Part shown: positions 12,901-26,500 of the stretch, one piece after another
How the letters are laid out: each line of letters begins with the position of its first letter
How positions within the stretch are numbered: position 1 is the first letter of the stretch
Source of the DNA: Phoronis australis
Lineage: Eukaryota > Animalia > Phoronida
Direction: 5' to 3'
Assembly: GCA_002633005.1 (NCBI GenBank)
Contig: NMRA01000080.1
Location: 277,291-341,290, forward strand
Length of the DNA stretch: 64,000 bases
The notes under the pieces: model-generated
Databases searched by the model: none
What the model saw: the letters and a program-made list of their open reading frames with translations, nothing else
Told to the model about the DNA's origin: nothing
Translations under genes and position numbers: made by a program

Positions 12901-15900
12901 TAAGTATTGTGGCCTGGTGCTGGAGAATAACATTGCATAATGCAGGCTATGTGAGCCCGCGAGGTAAGTCACCAGTGTAAAGGTGACCTTTTTTTTGTTT
13001 TCTCACTTGCAATTTTTCAGTGAAATCAACTACACTTTGTTCAGCGTAGATTAGGTTAAAATAGCATTGGGTTTTAGTTCCTGCTATACATTAGCATAGT
13101 TAGGACCATGCAAATACACGTTTCTTTAATTAAGCCAAGCTTGCTCTTACCCTATCGATAATTTGAAGCACGGAGCCAGCACTTCCTTTAGCTGCGGCGA
13201 CGGCGGCAAAGTTAGTGCCGACGTTTCCCAGGGTAACGGCTCCAAGAATGACGCACAGAAAAACGGTAAACACTTCTCCTGCGGTGAGAATTCCACTGAC
13301 TACGAGAGTTGAGCCGTACCAGTAAGCCAAGCAATAGGTGGCGTGAATGATAAACATATTCAACCCGAAACTTATGGCAATTACGAGAGCCTTCTTGGTT
13401 CCCAGTGACAGCGTTTCTTCTAGCTTTTGGTCATACCTGAAAGCAGGGTTAAAGTGCATGCAGTTTAGATTCCGCCATGGACAACATGTTGCCCGAATTT
13501 GAAATGTGACAGGCATTGACCTATGTGGCAACCAATGTCTTATTTAGGAGCACATGTGATACAGCGCTAATGTTTGAAAATGCGCTAACCTGGCGACCTC
13601 TTTCAGCTGACCCCTGAAAGACACAACTGTGCGAATGCACGACAGGACTTCTTCCGCGACACTTCCAGCAACGGCATATTTTTCTTGTTCTTTGGTCGTG
13701 TAGCCCGAAATGGCCTGTAATGTCGAAAATAATAATTATACAGTAGAACGTAACACAGACAACGAGTACGTTTCAACTATATACCTTTAAGGCTTAGCAG
13801 GATCCATGAAAAATGTCCAAATTTCGATAACTTCGGAACACCATGTCTTAGAAATGTCTGATCGGGTTCATGTGAAACTTTCACACATTGCTCTTTATGC
13901 GCTGTTCCCAAAACGCTGTTAGGAATTGCTTCTAAAATGTTTCATTTTGCATAAGAGGCTATAAAAGAATAACTTTTCTGGTTTTCATGAGTAATTCAAA
14001 AGTTGCAAAAATAAAAAACGAAATACTTTCGGAAAATGTTACTGCGTTTTAAAATTTATATTAAACGAAATGTGGCCATATTATTGGTTTGCTTTCACTA
14101 AAATACATAGTTATGTAACACTATTAATGAAAGATTGATAAAAAGCCAAAAATCAAATTCTATAGACTTCGTATGTTAAGTATACTTTATGTAAAAATCT
14201 ATAGCTATGCTTAATTACACAGACTTCTCCTTCAGGCTCTATATATAACTCTAAGTAAATTTTCTTGGAGTTCAATAAAAACGATGGTTGTGTGGAAACC
14301 GCCTTCAATGTTTCATGGCCTGAGATATTAAGCCATGGGTAAATTACAACTGAACAATGAAAAACGTATCGGTATGTCCGTGCGACTTACCGGTGTTTAC
14401 TAGCTTACACCAGCGAGCTAAACAAATTCCCAGAAATGACTCCGGCCGGTGTCATTACTCTGCACCGGAAGAGGACGTTTGTTGCAAAGATCATATAATT
14501 TTCAAAATGCTACTCCTAGTTCAGTTTTAAAGCTATCTTTTTCAAATTCGGTGCACAGGTATAAGTCAACATGACAATTTAGAAAATTCCTTTTTTAAGT
14601 AATCGGGTTATTCAATCTGGTGAAATAGGTCAAAGGTCATTAGGTGCAAACTAAAATTTTGAGCTAGACACTTCAAATTGTCAGGTCTGATTGCCACAGG
14701 TAAATCAAATCTGAATCCAAAGTTTCAGGTCATTTAGTGCAAACATGGGATCATTAGGTGCATTTTTCTTCTGAAAATTTGACCTTTTAAATCAGCAAGT
14801 ATTCTGATGTGTCAACCGTTAGACAACTGTGATTCTCAGCGTTAAACACATTTTCCATGGGCTTTGCAATAATTCTCCTAAAGATGCTTAAAATCCACCG
14901 GATAAGGTCAATTAGTGCAAAGGTCATGTAACGTTCAAAATGTTACATCTCTTAAGTTTTTCAAGGAATTCTTTTCAATTTTAGCACACTGGTGTAAGTC
15001 AACATGCCAATTGAATACCATACTTTACGTCGCAATAGGCCTAACCAATCAGTAAAAATAGTTCAAAGGTCATTGAGTGCAAACTAAAATTTTGAGCTAG
15101 AGAATTCAGAATTACGTATCTGTTTACTAAGTGCGATTGAGTTTGAATTCTAAATTTTCAGGTCATTTGGTGCACCCATGGGGTCATTAGGTGCATTTTT
15201 CTTCTGAAAGTTTGACCACTTCATTCATCTTGTATTCTGAAGTGCTTAAAGTAAAACATCTGTGATTATTAACATTAACCACACTTTTAATCGAGTTAAC
15301 AACTACTCCCTCATCGGGGCTCATAATACACCGGAAGAGGTCAATTAGTGGAAAGGTCATCAAAAAATTAATATGTAATTTCTCCTACAATTTTAAAGAA
15401 TTCCTATTCATATTGGTAAACGGGTTGCTGTCAGTAACTTCCCATAATAATTCCAGTAATACGCACGCGCAGAGTCCGTTATTGTCACGCCGTGACAATA
15501 ATCTTTCTAGTTTTACTTGTAATACACTTGTGTATGGTTGGAGTGTGAATTAGTGTCGGCGAAAAAACTTTTTAAATCAGGTTGGGTTTTTTCACAGTCG
15601 TCTTGCAGACACAAAGTATAAAAATGCACTCAATGAATTATTCAAAATGCACCGCCGTCTCCGCAAGTGTTCAAAAGTTGATCACTAAATGTGCTAGATG
15701 TACCTACCTTTGACATCAGTGCGCCGCACAAAGCCAACAACGGCGTCATTGCCAGCATGACCAACGTCAATCTCCAGCTGATAGTGAAGCCTATGACGAA
15801 TCCACCAATGAACGTGGCTAGAGACTGAAGCACGAGACTGAATTTATCACCCACCCCGTCCTTCACCTTGTTAAAATCGTCTGCTAGCCTTGTGGTCATT

Positions 15901-18900
15901 TCTCCACTAGAATGTTTGTCGAACCAACTTGCATCTTGACGCATAATCGACGCAAAGAACCTTTCACGCATTCGATGCACGACTCTCTCGCCAACCATTC
16001 CCCAGAAACTAATCTAAAAATAAAAAGGACAGTTAGTTGGAACTAATAGATATAATTGCCAACTCCATAGGCGGATCCAGGGGGTCAAAGGGGTCCGGAC
16101 TCCTTCTTTTTCCCTTGATTTTAATGATATCAAATCGAAAATTTTCAATTCGTTAACTTGAACCCACTTTTTTTCAAAAGAATCCTTGATCCCGGCGACA
16201 ATATCCCTTTAAAAAATCCTGGTTCAGCCCCTGGACTTTTTTAGTTGTGCCTGTGAATTGAAACAGGGGAAGTAGGGGGTAAATGATGTAGAAAAACACT
16301 AAAACGGCAATACCAATTTTACCATGTGTGCCAAAACTTAAAATCGGCTATTTTGACTGTGTGGCGGTACACGGGGCAACGTTTCAAAAAGCGGGACGGT
16401 CTCACCAAAAGCTGAACTGTTGGCAAGTGTGAATGCAAACTTATGGTTCAGGGATACGTTCCTTACGAGCTTCTTGTGAATACATGTGCCAAATGTGCCG
16501 TTCACCAAATGGTGAAGTGGCTCACTCATTGAAAACCGTGGTCAGTGAAACATGTAAAGTAGTTTGGGCTGAAATCTTGAATTATTGGAGAAAATGAGGT
16601 TGACTCAATACAGCTGTTCCGTCTGCAAAATTTTCTATTCAATGCAAGGTTTCAACAGTTACCAGCCTTGTGGAGCGCACCACTAAGTTTGCTGATCTAC
16701 TGGACTATCATCTAATTTTGAAGCAGATCATCACTTCTAATAGATTTTCTCCTGTACCACATTCTGTGATGGCTATTCATATAAACTGAAGTTGCTAAAT
16801 GAACAGAATATTGAGGTCCAATCCCTCATGATTGAGAATGGAGTAGAGTTCAAAAACGCTAGGACCTCGCTAGGACCCGCGGCTACAAAAACAAGACTTT
16901 GCGAGAGTAAGCAATATATTCCCGTGTATTTTTATTGAAATCATGTGATTTTGGCAAGACTTTTCTTGCTGCGAGGCAACTATCGAATTTTACCATGGTT
17001 GACTTACTTGAAAGTAGCAGGCGACAAAGATGGCGATCGCAACATACACATAGAACAAGGTGAAACGGTTCATGTCAGCCTCAAACTTCATCATGTAGGC
17101 TTGGGTAGCATTGTAGGTGGATGAGTCGTTCTCGTTTATTGCGGCTGCAAAGTCAAGTGCAATTTCAATCATAACCGTTTTACCTATTACAGTCTGCAGA
17201 CGCAAATCAGAATTTGCATTCCCAGACTGGAACAAAACATTCGGAGTTTCGGGGAAAGGGTGAGTTGATAGCAATAGCTAAGAATAATCATGCATTAGAA
17301 TTTCAAACCATTGACAATCGATTGTCTATGACCAAACATAGACCTACTCCACGCGCTAATTTTCATTCTTACCGGCGTTCTGACATTGACCCGCTATTTT
17401 GTGCCTACGTTAAAAATTCTCTAGTTTGGGAAGTTTCTAAAATTTGGGACACCGAAATGCCATGCCGAAACCGAATTCTCTTGATTCTGAAGATTGGGAC
17501 ACGGGTGACTTTAGCGTTCATCATATTTCTGAAATATCAGACACCGTGTTTTGTTGCAAAAGAGTTTGAAAATAGACTTGGCAGTTATAAAATCGTCGAA
17601 AACAGCAGCCAAATGAACACAACCACGGCCGTCTTAACGATATCATAGTCCCCGGAGACCGAGCAGTGCACTGGAACCCCCAGTATATAACTGCTCGAGA
17701 AAAGCAGTTGTGTACCAACAAGGAAACTCGTATCGCAAAAATAAAATGCAAAGTGCTATTGGCTTATATAGGAGTGGGTTATGAACTTTTGTCGCCTATT
17801 GTTGTTGCCAGGTAGGTGTCATTTTATTTCTGCTTGAGACATGACTTATCTCGAAATATAGCCGTATCATTCTAGTTAGTATTTTTGCGTCTCTTGGCGA
17901 TCTTTTTATGCATTTTGGGGTCGGTAAGTATATGCACAGGGTATGAGCAAGTACTGTATGTACGAAAATCGTAGGCCGACAACACTGCCTTGGGTTCGGA
18001 TAAACTTGTTGCGGGTCCAAATTGCCGTGTGAAGGTAACGAGATAAAAACGGAGCAATCTAGACCTATAAAACGTTTAGTGTTGGGTAACTCTAATCCAA
18101 ATATTTATCAGTCATTAAGAAGTTGCTACGGAAAGTTATAAATGTCGCCTCCAGTCGTCAGTTTACGACCCAGTAAACACTCGCGCATGCGCTCATGAAC
18201 AGTTCTCGTGATAACTACTTTATGCGTGCATCCGGGCAATTATCCACCATTTTGTTATTGCCTTTTCTTAGTACATGCAGGACAATTATATGGATGTTGA
18301 ACTACACGTAGTGTGGAGGTGTGGTATCGTTCTTATGGTGAAAGAAAAAATAGACGTGCTTATCACAACTGATTTAGCGATAGCACTCCAATTTGTATTT
18401 GCGCTGACTCACACAGCATTTTCCTCGCTTTATAACATTACTCACGTGCAGTGAAAGAGTCAGTCATTCCGCCGAATATTAGGAAGATTGCCGGCCATCC
18501 CAATCCTTGGCAAATAGCGAATAGTGAACCAATCAGAATGAAAATCCTGTCCAGACAAGTTGCGTAACGGAACTAAAATTTTGAGAAATACAAGAGTTTA
18601 TTTCAATGTCATAAATATATGTTCTCGCAAATCTTGTTGTCACGAGATTTTCTCAGTAGTCCTACCGTTTGCCTGAACGAATTATGAAATATGTCGTTGA
18701 TGTTTTCCTTTCATTCCGATATTTTTGAAATTTTCACTTCAGTTTCTTTGAAATTTAAACATAAGTATCCGCCATACTAGATCCCACAACTGTACACGCC
18801 GGCATAAAGGCAGGGATGGCAGGGAGAGTTCACGTACCGTAGAATTTCATAATGACACAATTATTGATCTTTTCGCTCGAGGAATCCCAACAGTTGAATT

Positions 18901-21900
18901 GAAGATTTTTGTCAAACATTATTGCCAAAGAGCGCAGTTTTTGTGCGATACTCGATTTGTAGAATGTCTGGCGTGAGATTCATGCACCGTTTTGGTAGAA
19001 GCATCGTAGACGTCAGAATTTTAGACATACAAGTTTAAGACTTTCAAGTTGAAAACAGGAACAGGGTACCACTGGAATACACCAGAATTGAGGTTAACAC
19101 TCCTTGATTCTTACAAATTTTTAAGGAAAATCCTCAAACTCAATGTAAAAAAATTAAATTTGCATGAAACGAAATAATTTCAAAAACTGTAACAGGGTGT
19201 TGAGATTTTATCTTGAACGAAGTTCACCAATGTTTTAGTTGATGTTATTTCCCTAAGAACGTACCGCGCTTTTCCGCCAAATTTCATTAAAACACATGGT
19301 CACATAACCAAATAATGGTAGGCTGTTATAAATCCAAAAATCAACTTGCATAGGCTTTCAGCTTTCAAAATACATATACTTTAACTAAGTTAAAATCCAT
19401 AAAACTTACTTGTCGACAAGGTTCTACCTTAAGAAATTAATGTTTTGGGGGCATTTTAACGTAGGTGGTCGAAGTATTCGTGCAAATCGACGTCATATGC
19501 ACTCCCAAACACCAAATTCCAAATGTGGATATTTATTTGTCTACTAACTGCAGTCTTACCAAGTCAAAAAATCCGGCCGGTTCTGGTGAGTCACTGTTGG
19601 CGTCCTCTTCCTCATTTTTCACCCTGTCGAAACATCCGGAACAAATGTATCGCTTATTGTAATAGTGTGTAATTGGAAGACATCGGCCTTGATTTCAGTG
19701 ACTGCCTGACATACAACGTCGAGAATTGGCGATTTGTAATAAAATTACAAACAGGGGATTTTACTTTTCATATCCCTGGACAAAGCTCATAACTTCAAGA
19801 AGTCTATCCCATCCAACCGTAATCTGCAAAATGCGTTTTTTCGGGCGCAAAACCGATGATGTCCCTTAGAGATCAGGCTCGACAGGTCGGAGTGAGCCCG
19901 CTGGTCATTTTATTTGAAGAGAAGTACCTTTAGCAATAACTAAGACTTTTTTTGATCTTCCCAAGCCAACAGATCATTTCTAATATGAGTTAGGTGGGGT
20001 ACTTGACGATATTTTGACGATGAGTGCGGCTGGCAAATTGGGGAGTCGGTAAGATGAATTCTTACCATTTAGAAAGTAATGAAAAGCACCCAAATGTTGC
20101 TCATTTCTATGAAAAATGCACCCTTTCCTAAATTTTTGCATAAGATGAATTATTGAAATAAAATTGAAAAACAACCCTTTGTATTGCTTTAACACAACAA
20201 ACTTCAACAAAAAATAGAAACCCTTCTGATGCAATAATGGTTTTTCTCGTGGGTTTTAAGCCAAACATGAATTTTGATTTGAACAGAAAAGACTACCACC
20301 ACTGCAGTAGGGAACTTGGTAGTAAATTTCAAGCGTCTGAGTGGCACGTCCCTGATATGCCTCCTATGTACATGTAAGTACCCTCTAACATCTGAATAAA
20401 GCACAACTTGACCAGCGGTCAAAATCCTGATATAGTTTTTGGTTGCATTTAATTTCTATATTGCTGCCTCGATAGAAATAAAAATGGAGGAAATAATTCA
20501 GTAAGCTTATACATTTAAAAAAATTTAATTGTTTCTTTACATAATTCAAAATCCATCATCTGTTGGCTTTGGCACTTCCTTCATAATTGTAAACTATTTC
20601 AATATTCAAGAATCATACATTGGCATCAAATTCAGAATACCGGCAACGGACGGCGTCACTCAGATTCGTAAAAAAGTCGACGAATCCCATCCCTTCCTTA
20701 ACAGAAAATTTCATAAAAATATTTCAAGTTATTTGGAATGTAGAGATGGCCGCAAATTGATGGCCGGAGACCGATGTAGACAGACTGNCCTCGCTTTATA
20801 ACATTACTCACGTGCAGTGAAAGAGTCAGTCATTCCGCCGAATATTAGGAAGATTGCCGGCCATCCCAATCCTTGGCAAATAGCGAATAGTGAACCAATC
20901 AGAATGAAAATCCTGTCCAGACAAGTTGCGTAACGGAACTAAAATTTTGAGAAATACAAGAGTTTATTTCAATGTCATAAATATATGTTCTCGCAAATCT
21001 TGTTGTCACGAGATTTTCTCAGTAGTCCTACCGTTTGCCTGAACGAATTATGAAATATGTCGTTGATGTTTTCCTTTCATTCCAATATTTTAAAAATTTT
21101 CACTTCAGTTTCTTTGAAATTTAAACATAAGTATCCGCCATACTAGATCCCACAACTGTACACGCCGGCATAAAGGCAGGGATGGCAGGGAGAGTTCACG
21201 TACCCTAGAATTTCATAATGACACAATTATTGATCTTTTCGCCCGAGGAATCCCAACAGTTGAATTGAAGATTTTTGTCAAACATTATTTACAAAGAGCG
21301 CAGTTTTTGTGCGATACTCGATTTGTAGAATGTCTGGCGTGAGATTCATGCACCGTTTTGGTAGAAGCATCGTAGACGTCAGAATTTTAGACATACAAGT
21401 TTAAGACTTTCAAGTTGAAAACAGGAACAGGATACCACTGGAATACACCAGAATTGAGGTTAACACTCCTTGATTCTTACAAATTTTTAAGGAGAATCCT
21501 CAAACTCAATGTAAAAGAAATTAAAATTTGCATGAAACGAAATAATTTCAAAAACTGTAACAAGGTGTTGAGATTTTACCTTGAACGAAGTTCACCAATG
21601 TTTTAGTTGATGTTATTTCCCTAAGAACGTACCGTACTTTTCCGCCAAATTTCATTAAAACACATGGTCACAGGATCAAATAATGGTAAACTGTTATATA
21701 AATCTAAAAATCAAATTGCATAGGGTTTCAGCTTTCAAAATACATATACTTTAACTAAGTTAAAATCCATAAAATTTTACTTGTCGACAAGGTTCTACCT
21801 TAAGAAATTAATGTTTTGGGGGCATTTTGACATAGGTGGTCGAAGTATTCGTGCAAATCGACGTCATATGCACTCCCAAACACCAAATTCCAAATGTGGA

Positions 21901-23503
21901 TATTTATTTGTCTACTAACTGCAGTCTTACCAAGTCAAAAAATCCGGCCGGTTCTGGTGAGTCGCTGTTGGCGTCCTCTTCCTCATTTTTCACCCTGTCG
22001 AAACATCCGGAACAAATGTATTGCTTATTTTAATAGTGCGTAATTGGAAGACATCGGCCTTGATTTCAGTGACTGTCTGACATACAACGTTGAGAATTGG
22101 CGATTTGTAATAAAATTACAAACAGGGGATTTTTCTTTTCATATCCCTGGACAAAGCTCATAACTTCAAGAAGTCTATCCCATCCAACCGTAGTCTCCAA
22201 AATGCGTTTTTTCGGGCGCAAAACCGATTATGTCCCTTAGAGATCAGGCTCGACAGGTCGGATTGAGCCCGCTGGTCATTTTATCTGAAGAGAAGTACCT
22301 TTAGCAATAACTAAGACTTTTTTGATCTTTCCAAGCCAACAGATCATTTCTAATATGAGTCAGGTGGGGTACTTGACGATATTTTGACGATGTGTGCGGC
22401 TTGCAAATTGGGGAGTCGGTAAGATGAATTCTTACCATTTAGAAAGTAAGCGTGATGAAAAGCATCCAAATGTTGCTCATTTCTATGAAAAATACACCCT
22501 TTCGTAAATTTTCACAAAAGATGAATTACTGAAATAAAATTGAAAAACAACCTTTTGTATTGCTTTAACACAACAAACTTCAACAAAAAATAGAAACCCT
22601 TTTGATGCAATAATGGTCTTTCTCGTGGGTTTTAAGCCAAACATGAATTTTGATTTGAACAGAAAATACTCCCACCACGGCAGTAGAGAACGTGGTCGTA
22701 AATTTCAATCATCTGAGTGGCACGTCCTTGATATGCCGCCTATGTAAGTACCCTCTAACATATGAATAAAGCACAACTTGACCAGCGGTCTTTGAAAATC
22801 GTGATATAGTTTTTGGTAGCATTTAATTTCAATATTGCGGCCTCGACAGAAATTAAAATGGAGGAAATAATTCTCTAAGCTTATACATTTAAAAAATTGA
22901 ATTGTTTCTTTACATAATTCAAAATCCATCATCTGTTGGCTTTGGCAGTTCCTTCATAATTATAAACTATTTTAATATTCAAGAATCATACATTGGCATC
23001 AAATTCAGAATACCGGCAACGGACGGCTTAACTCAGATTCCTAAAAAAGCCGACGGATCCCGTCCCTTCTTTAACAGAAAATTTCATAAAAATATTTCAA
23101 GTTATTTGGAATGTAGAGATGGCCGGCAAATTGATGGCCGGAGACCGATGTACAGACTGCCACAACGTCAGTGTGAAGTACCCGTATGCATTACGTGGGC
23201 GCATAGTTCTATGTATGTCCTCCTAAGTTTTCACTTATTTTTATTATTTTTGGAATACGTTCAAGAAAAGATCATTAACTATAAGTGAGTACATAGTTCT
23301 TAAGTTCAGAAAAAAAAACAAATTATGACAAAAATTATCTCTAGTATTCTTCAGACTGCCCGATGAAAGGCGAAACAATGTTATTCCGTCAAGTACGGGG
23401 ATACTTACAACTTCTCGGTGTCGTCATCGACTAATTCTATAGATTCTTCGTCAGTCCCATACTTTTCTTTATCCTTATCGTTGAGGGAGCTGTACCTGGA
23501 CAT
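3982..23503 (-). CDS. ABCB1: ABCB1/MDR1 (P-glycoprotein)-like full ABC transporter, 3' part (TM12, NBD2) outside the window
   Basis: Phase-consistent GT-AG exons (minus): 23409-23503, 21931-21994 (duplicate 19560-19623), 20812-20938 (duplicate 18446-18572), 17008-17183, 15708-16013, 13590-13714, 13151-13436, 11751-11861, 11328-11453, 10706-10909, 10357-10527, 8810-9014, 7875-7999, 7570-7716, 7118-7219, 6454-6615, 5954-6086, 5524-5594, 4951-5051, 3982-4122 (about 992 codons). Motifs: [25 protein letters not shown], Walker [11 protein letters not shown]-loop VSQEPVLF, signature [15 protein letters not shown], Walker [13 protein letters not shown]-loop IVAHRLST, linker RRRSTR, second [11 protein letters not shown] and EAIENVRTV. 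Exact orthology within ABCB1/4/5/11 cannot be fixed without a phylogeny. Confidence 0.93.
12108..12490 (+). mobile_element. Frameshifted THAP zinc-finger relic of a DNA transposon
   Basis: [10 protein letters not shown]..(fs)[18 protein letters not shown] fits the THAP C-x-x-x-x-C..FP..R..W pattern, although the second Cys has decayed in this copy. Homologous to 51180-51410. Confidence 0.6.
14455..15513 (+). mobile_element. Helentron/DINE-1-like non-autonomous element with two ~433-bp internal repeats rich in AGGTCA
   Basis: 3' palindrome ATTGTCACG-C-CGTGACAAT followed by TCTAGTT; short subterminal IR ACTCTGC/GCAGAGT; repeated blocks at 14632/15065, 14747/15181 and 14898/15331. Confidence 0.6.
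16066..16233. mobile_element. MITE family B (CATAGGCGGATCCAGGGG...)
   Basis: Imperfect TIR; homologous to 30489-30643. Confidence 0.65.
18446..18572 (-). CDS. ABCB1: Second copy of ABCB1 coding exon 3 ([42 protein letters not shown])
   Basis: Appears identical to 20812-20938, with intact splice sites. Confidence 0.8.
19560..19623 (-). CDS. ABCB1: Second copy of ABCB1 coding exon 2 ([21 protein letters not shown])
   Basis: Copy of 21931-21994 with intact AG/GT sites; differs by one synonymous change (AGT/AGC). Confidence 0.75.
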
Positions 23504-26500
23504 GCTTGCAAAGAAATGTGACCCGAAGCAAGCACTTCAGTGGCCGTGCAGGACAACGTTTCACTTGTATTTGTATATTGTACGCGTGACCATGGGGCTA
23601 AAATATAGTTAATTCATTTATAAATGGGATGGATTTTTCCTGGTTGTTAGTAGTTCATCCATGTTGGGTACAATGCTTGATCCTATTTTCCGGCAGACGG
23701 TTAACGTTGAGAACAGCACCTTTCTGTTAATATTTGGGATGTATTCTTCTTGAAACAGAATTGACAGCTACGGATTCGAATTATGACGATTGTATTGATG
23801 GAATGAATTTTTGAGTTTTTGAAACTGATCTAACTAAACAGGTATGTCGGAAATTTTGGACAAAATTACTCCAACTCTTATGGCCATGACGTGTGGTTAA
23901 CTACAAAGTCGGCAGACAAATCCCTGAACGAAAACCCCGTTTGATTTCATCTCATTCTATAAGGAATTCTTCTTGTAGTAAGTTTCAGTTACACAAATAG
24001 GAAAACAAACCTTACCTCAATTTAAAACATACGTTTCGTATAACAGTAATCCAAAGGAACTTCGTCAACCTTACCCGCGCGAGCTGTAGGTAGCTCGCAT
24101 GCAGGCGAATGGTTCGCACGCACAAACAGGATCACTAAAGAGCGATAATTGGATATTTAATTGGTTGATGTCAGTCGCATTGCACATGCCGTCCTATGCT
24201 GGTGCAAATTGGGCTCCGACTTTTCGATAACAGGCATAATATCACGTTTGGTAACACACGACGATTTTTGCAATGTAACACTGAGTGGTAATTTTGGATG
24301 ACAAAAGCATTTCCACGTACTTTGACTTTGAGAATCTCATATTAATGATCAAACTTTAATCACAAAAAATGAAAAATGACTCATTGATAGATTAAATTTA
24401 CAGGTTTCTTTTTGACTGATTATTCAGAATTTCTCTTCTGTTAAGAAGTAAAGGTCACTACATATCCCGCAGTAGAAAAAATCAACAGGTGGCCAATTAT
24501 TGAACAATGTCGCTGATGATGTGGTGGGGGTCATGCCAATATAAATCTTTCGAGTTGTTCATTATAATGTTACCATTTTTCAAGTGGAATTTCGATAAAG
24601 ATGCGGTTTCAGTAAGAATTATGAACACAGAGTTATACTATAGCGATTTGAGTCAACGTTTCTCAGCCTGGCAACAACTGGCGACACTGTCAGACTAATA
24701 TGTACGTGAATTTAGGGAGGGGGAGGGCTTTATTAGATATTTTCAGACCACACGTGCAGGCATTTTTGACATCATGTCAGATTTTTGTATCATTTATGGC
24801 TAATGCGATTCAAAGCATTAGGATCATGGAGGTGCTTCTGGAACGAAAATCTCTAGGAAAGGGGACTTTTTCATGGAAGCTCCCTAGAACAATTAACTTA
24901 AGTCGAGAGCCGATGTCAGTGGAATGAGTTGGTGGTAACGAATGCCGTCGAAGAAGCAACTGATGAATTTCGATCGGCTTGAAGTATATTTGCTTAAAAT
25001 CAGGAATGCCAGCAAGTCACTGAGTCAAAAAAGTTTTAAAATGTCGGAAAGCGTTATTGCAGACCCGCACTATGCACAAAAAGATAGATGTTAAAAGATA
25101 TCATTTAATGGTTTTACCTTTTACCACGCACAACATTTATTGGCCATATAAGCCCTCCTTCCATCACAAAAACGACTTTTCGTTTAAACCAATTACCGTT
25201 ATGAAACTGGTCTCAAATTTTTACTTTGCCAATTGGGGCGATTTTAGGGCTTCAAAAGAACTGCGACTTCGTTATTGCTCGAGACCAAGCTCTGAAGTTA
25301 GCTTTATCGGTCGCACGTGATCTCAATAACCACTAATCGTCAGTTAGTTCTCAGAAATCACTTCTCATCCGGGAAAAGATTGAGACAAATTTCATAGCGG
25401 TAAGTGATTATGTACAAATACAAAGTCGCTTCTTGGACTGTTTACAGCCGTTTAAATTAAAATAGAAATGGAATATAATATCTGGAAACAAAATTGAAAA
25501 GAAGAGCTATTCCATCACGTTAACATTCACTCTTTTAAGAGGAATATGGAAAAATCTGTATGTGTCCATTAAAATATACACACACAGATTCTTTCACGTT
25601 CCTCCGTGCTGTCATTAATTGATTATCGTTTCATTGCTGCACTATTGTAAGCCTCACTGAGGCTTGGTGCCTCTTAGGCTCTATTCTTAAAATAAAGAGC
25701 AGGTATATCACACACATAAGACTACATATGAATTGAGTTGGTCTCTTCCCTCAGTTTCATTGGTCTCTAGGGTGGGCAGCCAATGACTGTTGTCTCGTGG
25801 ACCTAGCAAGCGCGTTGTCGTGGTGATGTCCTGATTTAGCGAGAATGACACTAGTCTCGCATTTAGCTTCTGTTTCTCCATTGGTCAGTTAAAGGTGAGG
25901 TCAGCCAATGCACTGAATCGTCTGAACTCGGATCACTAGTTAGTTAGTTCGAAATCTGAACATGCAAAACATGCCTTTGCAACCTTAACTTGAGCCGGCC
26001 AGATCACAAACACGGGTTGCAATAACCTTGTCACTCGAGCTGAACACTTTATTTNCATGAAATTCAGGTCGTTGAATAAATATCTTTCTTCGAAAAATTA
26101 CAGAAAATTAGTTCGAAATGTTCTCGGAAATACGCATGCACATCGGACTGTAGCTTAGCGGGTAAAAATCTGACAAATTGACTTATCTAGATGTTCAGCA
26201 GACTCTAACGCTAAAAGACTCTTCCAGACACTGAGAGAGATGTCTCTCATCGGTTGGAACAGGTAATCACTATGGCAACGCGCGGGTCGAGCTGACTAAT
26301 ACTCCACATTTGGAAGTTCAGGAACAAAATAAATTTTTGATACATTAAATTATTGTTTATTCACAGCACAATATTTGACAGTACGAGTTGTTAGTAATAA
26401 AATCTTGTATGTTGTGTCTCAGATCAGACAGAAGTCCCACCAGATCTCAGTTGATCTCCCATTTTTTATCAACGTTATGTGTCATGTGCGCAATAGAAAT

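Larger units (their letters stand above)
18423..23159. repeat. Tandem duplication of about 2.37 kb (18423-20787 and 20789-23159) joined at an N (20788)
   Basis: Both units begin cctcgctttataacattactcac and end with cagactg. They are colinear throughout with scattered SNPs and small indels; the junction base is N. Confidence 0.95.

Noticed and set aside
25755-25912. Cluster of CCAAT/ATTGG boxes between ABCB1 and the MANSC gene
   Set aside because: Plausible promoter or enhancer, but no TSS can be assigned and short motifs are insufficient evidence.
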